From contig CALBFP010000001.1 in assembly GCA_937894115.1 (NCBI GenBank), positions 14,245 to 78,244 on the forward strand: a DNA stretch of 64,000 nt. The letters run 5' to 3'. The translations under genes were made by a program, and so were the position numbers. Positions 9,446 to 19,368 of the stretch are shown piece after piece (position 1 is the stretch's first letter; the number at the start of each line of letters is the position of its first letter). Source of the stretch: an uncultured euryarchaeote. Its GTDB lineage: Archaea; Thermoplasmatota; Poseidoniia; Poseidoniales; Poseidoniaceae. The notes under the pieces are model-generated. The model was not told the DNA's origin. It did not search any database and saw only the letters and a list, made by a program, of their open reading frames with translations.

Positions 9446-10444
9446 TCACTTTTTCGAAAAATGTTCGATGTGAACCGCTTCTCGATTCGCTCCCGCTAAG
9501 GGATTGTTCGCAACCCATAGTCCACTCTTTCGAGCAGAAATGTGACCAGCAGTCACCTTCATCGCCAACATTGCTGCGGTAAACTGTGTCAGTGGGGAGT
9601 CCTTTTGCGCCCCAATTTCACAGATGTCTGAACTGACGACACAGGCGTTTGATGCTTCGAATAAGGTCTGGATGGTTTCGTACACTTGCCAGTATGTCAG
9701 GCCTCCGGGAACCGGTGTGCCTGTGGCAGGAACCAACGATCCATCCAAACCGTCAATGTCAATACTCAAGTGTACTGGACCTTCTAGGCGCGAAAGTGTT
9801 TCAAGCCAATCGGACCAAACACCATCGCCGTCGATTGTTGATTGCGTATCCTTGGCGTAAAAGGTCACAATTCGGGGGTCGTTTTTCATCCGTTGATGTT
9901 CTTCAGCAGAAAATGCACGAATGCCGACTTGAAGGAGTGAACCGATGCCTGCATCCAAAGCACGTGCAGCAACGCAGGCGTGCGAATACGCTTCACCGTC
10001 CAATTCATCTCGCAAATCACCGTGTGCATCAATTTGGACGATTGTTAAATTTGACAAATCCTTATCGACCATAGGATGGTTCCGCAACGCTTCAAGAATT
10101 GGCGGCAAAATACCGTGCTCTCCTCCTAAGCACAACGGGAAACAATTCCCGTTGAACCAGGGAGTAAGATAGCCTGTTATCGAATCCAATTGTTGCAACA
10201 GTGTGGGCTCTTCGCCGCACCATGCTGGGATGGTGCGTATGGAGAAACCAGCTGGAAGTTCTTCACCGAGTTGATCGTCATAGAGTTCAACTTGGGTGGA
10301 AGCTTCAATGCATGCTCTTGGCCCGTCGGCCGTTCCTTGGCCGTAGGAGGTTGTGAGTTCGTACGGCAATGGGAGGATCGCAACATCAACGTCACCGTCA
10401 TCTTCGACGAGACCAAGAAAAGTTGGCCTACTCTCGTCCTCCAT
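9446..10444 (-). CDS. speB: agmatinase (ureohydrolase)
   Basis: PYELTTSY..GT..GP, LGGEH, QIDAHGDLR, SHAC, SIDIDGLD, TGTPVPGGL. Confidence 0.92.
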   Translation of the reverse strand: MEDESRPTFLGLVEDDGDVDVAILPLPYELTTSYGQGTADGPRACIEASTQVELYDDQLGEELPAGFSIRTIPAWCGEEPTLLQQLDSITGYLTPWFNGNCFPLCLGGEHGILPPILEALRNHPMVDKDLSNLTIVQIDAHGDLRDELDGEAYSHACVAARALDAGIGSLLQVGIRAFSAEEHQRMKNDPRIVTFYAKDTQSTIDGDGVWSDWLETLSRLEGPVHLSIDIDGLDGSLVPATGTPVPGGLTYWQVYETIQTLFEASNACVVSSDICEIGAQKDSPLTQFTAAMLAMKVTAGHISARKSGLWVANNPLAGANREAVHIEHFSKK

Positions 10445-10604
10445 GGTGGCGGCGTTCTCTATCAACTTCTAAGGATTACCAAAATTAGAGGCTTAAATTA
10501 CCTCTGAATTGGAATTTAGAAAAAAAACAGCCGATGTGTTAATATACCTCGACGACCAATATAATACATTGTACCCGAGAAATGTCGGGGCGAGGTGATG
10601 AGAG

Positions 10605-11024
10605 ATGGGAATGACACTACAATCGTTAACGCAAGCAATTCAACAACATATCGATACAGAAATGGATGCAGAAGTAGCAGCAGGCATGGCAGAGCATGCA
10701 TTGGGATTCTTTGGTTTCTACAACAGGATCATTGACAATGCGCTTGAACCAACCGATCGAAACCTCTTCTACATGTTTCAAGATTACGATTTGCTGACCA
10801 CTGAATCCGAAGAGACAACGCTCTGGGACGGACGAGAATGGCGTATTCACTACTGGAAGTTCAAGCCCGACCTCAAGGAACGAGTCGAATCCTACATGCA
10901 ACGACAACGCAAACCAGAAGATATCGACCCTTTCGCTGACATTTACGGCACGGATGGTCAGTCCATCTGGACTCGTGAATCCGAAAAGGTTCAGAATCCG
11001 AACGCATTCACCAGCGATTGGTGA
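10605..11024 (+). CDS. conserved Thermoplasmatota protein (DUF6015-like)
   Basis: FFG...RIIDN.LEP.DR..FY..D..LL.TE.EETTL.DGREWRIHYW; GAGGTGA RBS and an AT-rich promoter upstream. Confidence 0.7.
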   Translation: MGMTLQSLTQAIQQHIDTEMDAEVAAGMAEHALGFFGFYNRIIDNALEPTDRNLFYMFQDYDLLTTESEETTLWDGREWRIHYWKFKPDLKERVESYMQRQRKPEDIDPFADIYGTDGQSIWTRESEKVQNPNAFTSDW

Positions 11025-11069
11025 GGCTGCGTAGCAAGCGTTTTTGTTTCACCACCGAGACGATGTTCC

Positions 11070-12434
11070 ATGCGTGGGGCGCTCGGTCTTGTCATCTGCC
11101 TTTCTCTGGCGAGTTTTTCGCCCTTTGTCGGCGCTGCAGCAAGCTCGGATGATGCATGGCCAGGAGAACCGATTGACAACCACGTTCACATGACGTGGGC
11201 AGCGTTGACCATGGAAGTCAACGAATGGGCAGATGACCATCCTGATATCGTCAAATTGCTTGATGTTGGTGATTCCGAACTCGGAAAGACGCTTTGGGTG
11301 GTTCAATTATCGGACTGGTCGATGGAGACAAAAGCCAACGGTAAGGCGAAAGAAATCGTTTACATCGATGGAGGCCATCACGGAAACGAATACCTTGGAA
11401 CGGCTCTTGCGTGGTTGTCCGCAAAATGGTACATCGATGGTTGGAACGATGGAAACCAAGAAGCAATCGACGCTCTTCAAAGCACTGAGATTCATGTTCT
11501 CATTATGCTCAATCCTGATGGGAACGACTTTGATACACGCTGGAACATCAATCAGGTTGATTTGAATCGAAATTACGACCACTATTGGAACACGTGTCCA
11601 ACCACGCAACCGGGAAGCGCAGCCTTCAGCGAGGCAGAGACTGCCGCCAATTCAGAATACATGAACACCGTAGTGCCTGATGCCGATCTTTACGTCACCA
11701 TGCACACCGGCGTCTGGATCATCCTGTATCCCTGGGGTAAATGGGCAAGTCAGCCTTCCGATTGGGAACTCTTCTGGGGAATCCGAGAAGAAGTGCATGC
11801 CAACATTTCTGACATTCCGATTCAAAATGCTAACCAAGGTTTGTACCCCAATTGTGGAACGAGCAGAGACTACGGTTACGGTGTTATGGGATTCCCTACG
11901 TTTACTTTTGAAACAGACGACGAACAATTCGTTCCAGGATCGGTTGAAGCACTCAACGAACGCTTGGCTGAAGAAATGGATGTTATGCGGTACCTAATCA
12001 CCAATGTATGGTATTGGCGTGCGCGTCTTGACGTGCAATCGATTCAAGTTTCGGACCAAGAGGTTACCATTGACGTGGACAACCTTGGACATGCATCAAC
12101 ATCCAACGCCAGCCTCCAGTACGTCGATTCCAGTGGTCAGGTAACGTGGACCTCTTCGTTGTTTTCGGTAAACGCAAGCAACTCGACTGTCGCAGTACTG
12201 GATGCCTCCAATCTCACCATGTCCAATTCAGGATCGTGGCAATTGTACTACCAAAAGCGTGTGATTGATGCATCGCAATGGGTCACTGAAACCCTTGAAT
12301 TGAACGCAACTTTGGTCGATGACGAAAGCGGTTCAAATTTCCTCATTGGCTATGGCTTGTTCAATCCAACAACGATTCTTGCGGGATTGGCTGTCGTCGC
12401 ATTACTGCGAAAAGAGCAGGAAAATGTGCTTTGA
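11070..12434 (+). CDS. secreted, membrane-anchored M14 zinc carboxypeptidase
   Basis: Signal peptide, GGHHGNE (HxxE), NPDG, DLNRNY, FSEAET, TMHTG, YPWG, TFE; C-terminal TM with a basic tail. Confidence 0.88.
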   Translation: MRGALGLVICLSLASFSPFVGAAASSDDAWPGEPIDNHVHMTWAALTMEVNEWADDHPDIVKLLDVGDSELGKTLWVVQLSDWSMETKANGKAKEIVYIDGGHHGNEYLGTALAWLSAKWYIDGWNDGNQEAIDALQSTEIHVLIMLNPDGNDFDTRWNINQVDLNRNYDHYWNTCPTTQPGSAAFSEAETAANSEYMNTVVPDADLYVTMHTGVWIILYPWGKWASQPSDWELFWGIREEVHANISDIPIQNANQGLYPNCGTSRDYGYGVMGFPTFTFETDDEQFVPGSVEALNERLAEEMDVMRYLITNVWYWRARLDVQSIQVSDQEVTIDVDNLGHASTSNASLQYVDSSGQVTWTSSLFSVNASNSTVAVLDASNLTMSNSGSWQLYYQKRVIDASQWVTETLELNATLVDDESGSNFLIGYGLFNPTTILAGLAVVALLRKEQENVL

Positions 12435-12488
12435 TTTGCTGAAAAGTATTCGCAAGGTTTCAAGTGCCTCAAGGGGTTGGGTCGGTCC

Positions 12489-13988
12489 ATGCAAATTAGC
12501 GTAAGTCCGAGTCACAACATCGATGGAACACTTATTCTTCCCCTGCTCGAGGGAACAGAAATCGTGCCCGAAGCTCATGCAACAGGCTTGCATATAGCGT
12601 TAAAATCACAGATCAACAGAGTTCTTGCAGACGGTGACTTCAAAGGAAAAGCAAAGTCGACAATGACGCTTGTAGGAGGCGAGGGTGGAAAAGCCATGCT
12701 CGTTGGCCTTGGTAAGGAAGAGGATGCTGACACACACGCTTACAGGAAAGCTGGAGCGGCTGTTGTTGCAGCCAGAAAGAAGACGCACGGAAGCGACCTT
12801 ACCGTTCGTTTTGCTGGAACAAGCATCGAGTGCATGGGTGCGTTTGCTGAAGGGATGCTGCTTCGAGACTACTCCTATGACGAATACAAAATGCAAAAGG
12901 AAGAGGATAAGGAAGTCGAGCGAAACGTGCGAATCACTTGTGACGAAGGCCAGGAGGAAGCCTTGGAAGCGCTGGTAAAGGTTTACGCAGGCGTTGCCTC
13001 GGGTGTTCATCTTTCTCGAGATCTCGGCAACTGCCCACCCAACGATATGTATCCTGAGGCGTACTCCGATATGGCTTGGGAATGGGCAAAGCAATACGAG
13101 AACGTCGATGTAACCATCATCAACTACGAACATGCCATGAAGGCAGGTATGGGGGGTCTCGTTGCAGTCGGAATGGGTTCTTCTCGCAAACCGTGCATGG
13201 TCATTTTCGAAATGAACAAGGAAAAAGAAGGACGTTGCCCCATGCTGGTTGGTAAAGGAATCACCTTCGATACCGGTGGTATCTCGCTCAAACCCGGTGC
13301 GAACATGGATGAGATGAAGTACGACATGGGCGGTTCAGCAACCGTTTTCGGAACCATGCAAGCACTCGCAGCAACAGGTTACGGTGGAAAGGTCGTCGCA
13401 ATCGCATGTATGGCAGAAAACATGCCGGCTGCCAATGCCCAACGCCCTGGCGACGTTATTACAACACTCTCCAAAAAGACCATTGAAGTTCTCAATACGG
13501 ATGCTGAGGGCCGACTGGTCCTTGCCGATGGACTTTGGAAGGCAGGAGAATTCGATCCTGAATACATTGTCGACTTTGCTACACTTACAGGTGCTTGCGT
13601 CGTTGCTCTTGGACATGAAGCGACCGGTTTGTGGTCCAACGATGACGACTTCAGAACCAGAATTCACGAGGCAGGTAATGCAGTTGGCGAATTGGCTTGG
13701 CCGATGCCGCTCCTTCCTGCATTTGAAAAAGAAATGACCGATTCAAAGATTGCCGACACGCGCAATCTTGGTGCTGGACGGTACGGTGGAGCCAACACTG
13801 CAGCTGCTTTCCTGAAGCAATTCGTTCCAAATCGAAATTACGAAGAAGACGGTGAACAAATCACTTGGGCGCACATGGACATTGCCGGGACCTACTGGGG
13901 TGCGAAGTCCAATACCATGGTCGGTAATGGAGCAACTGGAATCCACGTCCGCACCATGTACCACCTCATCACCAATGGGAACAACTGA
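12489..13988 (+). CDS. pepA: leucyl aminopeptidase (M17)
   Basis: LVGKGITFDTGGISLK, MKYDMGG, AENMP, NTDAEGRLVLAD, ATLTGA, WAHMDIAG. Confidence 0.95.
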   Translation: MQISVSPSHNIDGTLILPLLEGTEIVPEAHATGLHIALKSQINRVLADGDFKGKAKSTMTLVGGEGGKAMLVGLGKEEDADTHAYRKAGAAVVAARKKTHGSDLTVRFAGTSIECMGAFAEGMLLRDYSYDEYKMQKEEDKEVERNVRITCDEGQEEALEALVKVYAGVASGVHLSRDLGNCPPNDMYPEAYSDMAWEWAKQYENVDVTIINYEHAMKAGMGGLVAVGMGSSRKPCMVIFEMNKEKEGRCPMLVGKGITFDTGGISLKPGANMDEMKYDMGGSATVFGTMQALAATGYGGKVVAIACMAENMPAANAQRPGDVITTLSKKTIEVLNTDAEGRLVLADGLWKAGEFDPEYIVDFATLTGACVVALGHEATGLWSNDDDFRTRIHEAGNAVGELAWPMPLLPAFEKEMTDSKIADTRNLGAGRYGGANTAAAFLKQFVPNRNYEEDGEQITWAHMDIAGTYWGAKSNTMVGNGATGIHVRTMYHLITNGNN

Positions 13989-13998
13989 ATGTGATGGC

Positions 13999-14736
13999 AT
14001 GCGGCAGACTCTTCTCTCGGTAGGAGTTGTCTGTTGTCTCTTCTTTTCAGGATGTCTTGGATTTGCAACCGATGAAGAAGACTCGATGCGCTTGGATGTT
14101 GTTGTGAACGAAGAATTGCTCGTTTTGGAAACCGTTTATGAGGAAGGTGAATGGATTTCCTCAACGATTGTTACGTTTGAATTTGATTTTTCTGGTTCAA
14201 CCTCTGATGTTGCAATGCAGACGTTTGGACTGTCGATGGACGATGGACGGGAGGTAAGTGTTGAGGCCAACGTTCAACAACACATCTCCATCGATGTTGA
14301 ACATCATGGGATGTACACTGTTTCCCTGTATGCAGTCGATTCGAGTGGAACCAACGTCTCACAGGACATGCAGATCGTTGTTGAGCACCTCATTCACTGG
14401 ACTGAAAGCGATACGGGAAATCCTCAATCGCTGTATTTTGATGCAACTCCCGGTAATGAAGGCCCTGCACCGTTGTATGTTCTTCTCAATTCAACGGTAA
14501 GCAATCCCTCCCCTCTGCTGGAGGTCAATGGAAGAGATGTTGATGTTGAGTGGGGAGTCCTCAATGCCGACGGTAAATGCATGGGGCACAGAGAACTCAT
14601 CGAAAACGGTGATTCATACACTTGGAAGACGCTTCATTTTGCCCCCATTGAAATGCATGAAGTGGAACTCACAATTCACGAAGGGCAGGATTCTGTTAAC
14701 GTCGATCACAGGATTGAATTACGCTACACAGAATAA
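13999..14736 (+). CDS. hypothetical lipoprotein (PKD/Ig-like)
   Basis: ATG 13999 gives MRQTLLSVGVVCCLFFSG-C lipobox; acidic, beta-rich body with FDFSGS...G.YTVSL.A.D. Confidence 0.7.
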   Translation: MRQTLLSVGVVCCLFFSGCLGFATDEEDSMRLDVVVNEELLVLETVYEEGEWISSTIVTFEFDFSGSTSDVAMQTFGLSMDDGREVSVEANVQQHISIDVEHHGMYTVSLYAVDSSGTNVSQDMQIVVEHLIHWTESDTGNPQSLYFDATPGNEGPAPLYVLLNSTVSNPSPLLEVNGRDVDVEWGVLNADGKCMGHRELIENGDSYTWKTLHFAPIEMHEVELTIHEGQDSVNVDHRIELRYTE

Positions 14737-14826
14737 GCTCAGAGCCTGAAACCAGAACCCTTGGTTGAACAATGACCCGAGAAAGACTTTGTATTGTCGT
14801 TCTTATCGTTTGAATTAGGTGAGATT

Positions 14827-15288
14827 ATGATTACCGCTGCAGATGTTGAAGATGCACAACGAGAATGGGGCGAGGGAATTGTTCGAATTGCAGCAGCATA
14901 CGAGCGTGGTGATGATTACACCGCCATTGCCACAAAGCATGTTGAACAGCTCTACGCGTACGATTTGAGCGAAGTTCTGTTCAAACCAACCATGGCTTCC
15001 AAGGAACAATTCCGTCCAACGTTTGAAGGCGCCTTGTCCTACTTTGTTGCATCAAATAATGCATGCAAAGAAGACACTGGATTTGCAATCAAGGGATGGA
15101 CGTCTGTAGAATTTGAAAACTCAGGTATCATCGTCAACAAGATCAATGCCATTGCGATGGGCAACTACTTCTTTACGGGCTCAGACGGCAGCAAAACCAA
15201 GGTTGAGTATACCTTTGGATACATTCGTGACGATGCAGGTAAGCTGCGCATCGTTTTGCATCACTCATCACTTCCAGCTGCTTTGTAA
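14827..15288 (+). CDS. COG4337 / iota-class carbonic anhydrase-like NTF2-fold protein
   Basis: AQ.EWG.GIV.I, LFKPT, ALSYF, ED.GFA..W..V.FEN, AMGNY.F, KVEYTFGY and terminal LHHSSLP; AGGTGA RBS. Confidence 0.8.
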   Translation: MITAADVEDAQREWGEGIVRIAAAYERGDDYTAIATKHVEQLYAYDLSEVLFKPTMASKEQFRPTFEGALSYFVASNNACKEDTGFAIKGWTSVEFENSGIIVNKINAIAMGNYFFTGSDGSKTKVEYTFGYIRDDAGKLRIVLHHSSLPAAL

Positions 15289-15369
15289 AAAGAATCCTTC
15301 CAACCACTCGTGTCTGATGATTGCATCTTTTTCATATCGCAAGGTTCAACACCTCAGAAACGTTCAATC

Positions 15370-16587
15370 TTACCACCAACCCATTACAAATCCGAATAAC
15401 ATAATCCAGAATGTCACAGGAATTGCATATGTTGCACCAAGAGCCTGTGTGTGTTTACTTTGAAGATGGTACCTTATCGGAACAATGACAGCAACCATGA
15501 ATATGGGTAGGAAAAAATCTTCCACTTCAGAGAATATTTCGGTGATTGCTACTAGATATGCCATAAATCCGTAACCGATGGAGTAGGCGATGTGAATTCC
15601 AAATCCTTTCAAAAACTCAAGACGATACACGCCAATGCCAATCAAAAGACCAACAATCGGTATGGTGAACCCGAGGCACAATGCATCATCGTCACCTCCA
15701 CCCATCACGGAGATGACTGTAATGAAATGGTACAACAATGGTAAGTAAAACAAAGCGAACACTCCATAATTGACTGCCTCTTCAGGCATAATCGACGTTT
15801 CATTCAAAATTATACTCGTACCCGGTTGGTTCAAATCGGAAATGATTGTTTCCTCTCGAGAATAAATGTTTTCTGGAAGTGTTATAATTTTCGGATCGAG
15901 TATCAAACAAGCAATTCCGACCAACCAAAATCCAAAACAATCGAGGATAACATTGTGTTCCAAATTCCCATCATACCAGTTTGATAGTTGATGATTGATG
16001 TACAAAAGATGTGCAGCCATGATGAGGAAGTATCCTCCGCAAAACAACGTTACCTTTCGGAAAAAATCATCCCCTTTGTGCCGATTTATCCCACAAAACA
16101 CAAGTGTGCCAATCAATACAAGCGGCATCAACTCGCGCATCACATAGAGAATGAATACCGCCCCTGATGGACCAGCGAGATCACCCCAAATTGAAATCCT
16201 GTTGAACAAATCTAATATCTCAACAAAACCCGATCCGCCTTCCCATACAAAATCGTTGTACCAGATATAATCCACCAGATTGGCATTATCAACCTCATTC
16301 CAGCCGATCCAACCATGATTATCTTGAAAATAGGGCCGATCTATAATCCACCTAAACCAGAAATTATACCCCCAATTGAAAAACATTGAAACGAAAACAA
16401 CGATCGATGCCAATTGAATTCTTCTTGTCTGTTCTGGCGTTGATACGGTTGTGTTTTGAATGCCGGGGACACTGGCTGAATGGGTTGATGAATCAACATC
16501 GAGAGTTTTTTCATTTTCCGGTGTATTAATCACGACGGCTTTTGGTTTCACCGGCCCTTGTTCTGTGATATCCTCGTCGCTCTGCAC
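15370..16587 (-). CDS. hypothetical polytopic membrane protein
   Basis: 405-aa ORF with ~9-10 hydrophobic segments; DNA visibly more AT-rich than the flanks. Confidence 0.7.
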   Translation of the reverse strand: MQSDEDITEQGPVKPKAVVINTPENEKTLDVDSSTHSASVPGIQNTTVSTPEQTRRIQLASIVVFVSMFFNWGYNFWFRWIIDRPYFQDNHGWIGWNEVDNANLVDYIWYNDFVWEGGSGFVEILDLFNRISIWGDLAGPSGAVFILYVMRELMPLVLIGTLVFCGINRHKGDDFFRKVTLFCGGYFLIMAAHLLYINHQLSNWYDGNLEHNVILDCFGFWLVGIACLILDPKIITLPENIYSREETIISDLNQPGTSIILNETSIMPEEAVNYGVFALFYLPLLYHFITVISVMGGGDDDALCLGFTIPIVGLLIGIGVYRLEFLKGFGIHIAYSIGYGFMAYLVAITEIFSEVEDFFLPIFMVAVIVPIRYHLQSKHTQALGATYAIPVTFWIMLFGFVMGWW

Positions 16588-16694
16588 AATGCCTACTTAA
16601 CAACTCACAAAATAAATTCATACCCTGCATTCGTAATTGAATTGGTTTATCCAATGCATGGAAAGTCAGGTTCATATACCACACCGCACTCGGA

Positions 16695-16719
16695 ACTATG
16701 TAACCTAAGGTTAAGTAGT
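16695..16719. promoter_or_regulatory. palindromic operator upstream of the sHsp-dnaK-thermosome cluster
   Basis: ACTA-tg-TAAC-ctaag-GTTA-ag-TAGT, just downstream of TTCATATA (16671-16678). Confidence 0.55.
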
Positions 16720-16729
16720 GGTGAAATCG

Positions 16730-17428
16730 ATGACACGTGACGATTGGGAAGAGAAAATGTTGGATCAACTCGAACGTCTTCTTTCCAACATGGGCATGAA
16801 CATGTCAAGAGAACAACTGCGCACTCTTCTAAAGCAATTCAGAGCGCAATTCGAGAAGATGGGGCTCGATGAAGAACGCATCGCAAAAGGTGACGTCAAT
16901 TTCAATTTCGATTTGAGTAATCTCCAGAATTTCTTCCAACCAGGAATGGACTTCAACGAGTTGTTCAAGAACATGGGCGTGGATGTTCGCGTCGATGCAG
17001 CCCCCGTCGAAATAGAAACACCTGAAGGAGAGGACGACAACATGGTCCTTCCCGCAGACGACATTTATCTCGAAGGATGGAACATGACCGTAACGGTTGA
17101 CTTTGCAAAGAAAGGTGAACTGCAGCAGGACCAGATGGAATTGAATCTCATCGATGGAGGGACCCTTGTTGAGGTCCACCGAACAACGCAACTTGCACCC
17201 GTTGCACGCATCGAGCTTCCACATGCTTGCGAGGACGTCGTTGATTTTACACTCAACAATGGAATCCTCGACATTACCTTGCGGTTGGTCCCCCCTGAGG
17301 ATGCCTTTGCCGCTTTACCACCATCGGATGATGGTGACGATAACATTCCCCTGACCGGTGACGTAACCATCGACCTATCGGATGATGATGACGACGACGA
17401 CGATGACGGAGGAATACCAATTCTATGA
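16730..17428 (+). CDS. small heat-shock (Hsp20/alpha-crystallin-like) protein
   Basis: RIELP...FTLNNGILDITL ACD-type motif, acidic linker and terminal IPI (IxI) motif; first gene before dnaK. ATG 16730 follows GGTGA. Confidence 0.65.
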   Translation: MTRDDWEEKMLDQLERLLSNMGMNMSREQLRTLLKQFRAQFEKMGLDEERIAKGDVNFNFDLSNLQNFFQPGMDFNELFKNMGVDVRVDAAPVEIETPEGEDDNMVLPADDIYLEGWNMTVTVDFAKKGELQQDQMELNLIDGGTLVEVHRTTQLAPVARIELPHACEDVVDFTLNNGILDITLRLVPPEDAFAALPPSDDGDDNIPLTGDVTIDLSDDDDDDDDDGGIPIL

Positions 17429-17443
17429 AAGGAGATGAAATGA

Positions 17444-19330
17444 ATGAGTAAAGTAATCGGGATTGATTTAGGAACAACAAACAGCTGTGTGGCCACCATC
17501 GAAAACGGTGAACCCGTTGTCATTGCAAATGCAGAGGGTGCACGAACAACGCCCTCCGTCGTTGCGTTCAACAAAGACGGGGAACGTTTGATTGGTATCA
17601 CCGCAAAGCGACAAGCAGTTACAAACCCAGAGCGCACCATGATCTCTGTAAAGCGTCACATGGGAAGCGATTGGAAAACCGACATCGACGGCACAACGTA
17701 CACGCCACAAGAAATCTCTGCGTTCATTTTGCAAAAGCTGAAAGCGGATGCTGAGGCTTATCTCGGGCACGAAGTAAAGCAAGCGGTCATCACCTGTCCG
17801 GCTTACTTCACCGACGCCCAGCGAAAGGCAACCAAGGATGCCGGACGAATTGCAGGAATGGATGTCCTACGAATCATCAACGAGCCAACCGCTGCTGCAC
17901 TGGCCTACGGTGCGGACAAGGGCGATGATCAAACGATTCTCGTCTACGACCTCGGTGGCGGAACCTTCGACGTCTCAATTCTTGAAATCTACAACGTCGA
18001 CGGTCAACCACAAATCGAGGTTAAAGCCACAGCAGGAAACAACAAACTCGGAGGAGACGATTTTGATGAGCGTATTATCGAATGGCTTGTCAGTGAGTTT
18101 AAGCGAGAAACTGGAATCGATTTGTCCAAAGACAACCAGGCCATGAGTCGACTCAAAGAAGCTGCGGAAAAGGCAAAAATTGAATTGTCTGGAACACAAT
18201 CTTCGCAAATCAATCTGCCTTTCATCACCATGAAAGACGGAAACCCAGAGCACCTTGACATTACCTTGTCAAGAGCACGGTTTGAGGATCTCATAGCGAA
18301 GCACATCGAAGATACGATGGCCCCCACACGACAAGCCATGAAAGACGCTGGAGTCAAGAAAGGCGACGTCGACAAGGTCATTTTGGTTGGTGGATCTACT
18401 CGCGTACCTGCCGTCCAAATCGCCATCGAGAAGGAGGCCGGAAAAGCACCCTACAAGGGCATTAACCCTGACGAAGCGGTCGCCATGGGCGCTGCACTTC
18501 AAGCCGGTATCATCGCTGGCGATGACGAAGTCTCAGACATCCTGCTTCTCGATGTAACACCTCTGACGCTTGGAATCGAAACACTCGGTGGCGTGACCAC
18601 GACCATGATTGAGCGCAACACTACAATTCCAGCGCGACGCAGTGAAATCTTCTCCACGGCCAGTGACAGTCAACCTGCTGTTGAGATTCACGTCTTGCAG
18701 GGAGAGCGCGAATTCGCCAAAGACAACGTCACACTTGGACAATTCCATCTTACCGACATCCCACCAGCACCACGCGGCATTCCTCAAATTGAGGTAACCT
18801 TTGATATCGACGCCAACGGGATTGTCAACGTTAGTGCCAAGGATATGGGGACGGGCAAGGAGCAATCGATCAAGATTGAGTCTCAAACGTCTCTCTCGGA
18901 GGAAGAAATCCAAGCCAAGATTGTCGAAGCCGAATCCTTTGCCGAAGAGGACAAGCGTCGAAAAGCCAAGATCGAGCTCAGAAATATGGCGGATCAAATC
19001 GTCTACCAAACCCGCAGAACCATCGATGAAAACGAGGACAAACTCGATGCATCAGACCTCGAACCAGTACGTGAGAAACTCAGCGAACTTGAAGCACTGG
19101 TCCAAGATGGCGATGGAAAGCCAATCGATGACGAAGCCATGGACGAGGCTGCCATACAAGCTAAGGTCAAGGAAGTTGAAGAATCGATGCACGCAATTTC
19201 ATCAAAACTCTACGAAGCCGCTGCTGCTGAAATGGCAGAAGCGGAAAACAAAGAAGGCGATGGCGACATCAACGTCGAAAGCGATGATGTTGTCGATGCT
19301 GACTTCGAAGTTGTCGATGAAGAAGACTGA
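17444..19330 (+). CDS. dnaK: chaperone DnaK (Hsp70)
   Basis: [52 protein letters not shown]. Confidence 0.98.
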   Translation: MSKVIGIDLGTTNSCVATIENGEPVVIANAEGARTTPSVVAFNKDGERLIGITAKRQAVTNPERTMISVKRHMGSDWKTDIDGTTYTPQEISAFILQKLKADAEAYLGHEVKQAVITCPAYFTDAQRKATKDAGRIAGMDVLRIINEPTAAALAYGADKGDDQTILVYDLGGGTFDVSILEIYNVDGQPQIEVKATAGNNKLGGDDFDERIIEWLVSEFKRETGIDLSKDNQAMSRLKEAAEKAKIELSGTQSSQINLPFITMKDGNPEHLDITLSRARFEDLIAKHIEDTMAPTRQAMKDAGVKKGDVDKVILVGGSTRVPAVQIAIEKEAGKAPYKGINPDEAVAMGAALQAGIIAGDDEVSDILLLDVTPLTLGIETLGGVTTTMIERNTTIPARRSEIFSTASDSQPAVEIHVLQGEREFAKDNVTLGQFHLTDIPPAPRGIPQIEVTFDIDANGIVNVSAKDMGTGKEQSIKIESQTSLSEEEIQAKIVEAESFAEEDKRRKAKIELRNMADQIVYQTRRTIDENEDKLDASDLEPVREKLSELEALVQDGDGKPIDDEAMDEAAIQAKVKEVEESMHAISSKLYEAAAAEMAEAENKEGDGDINVESDDVVDADFEVVDEED

Positions 19331-19368
19331 AACATCGCACTTATGTGCAAGGCACCGTTGGTGTGGCC

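Noticed and set aside
14827-15288. phosphoribosyl-AMP cyclohydrolase (HisI), a common label for this family
   Set aside because: It lacks the HisI DCDxD and Cys Zn-binding motifs; the HHSS/NTF2 pattern fits COG4337.
17381-17407. GAT/GAC trinucleotide run as a microsatellite
   Set aside because: It encodes the poly-Asp linker of the sHsp-like protein with mixed codons.
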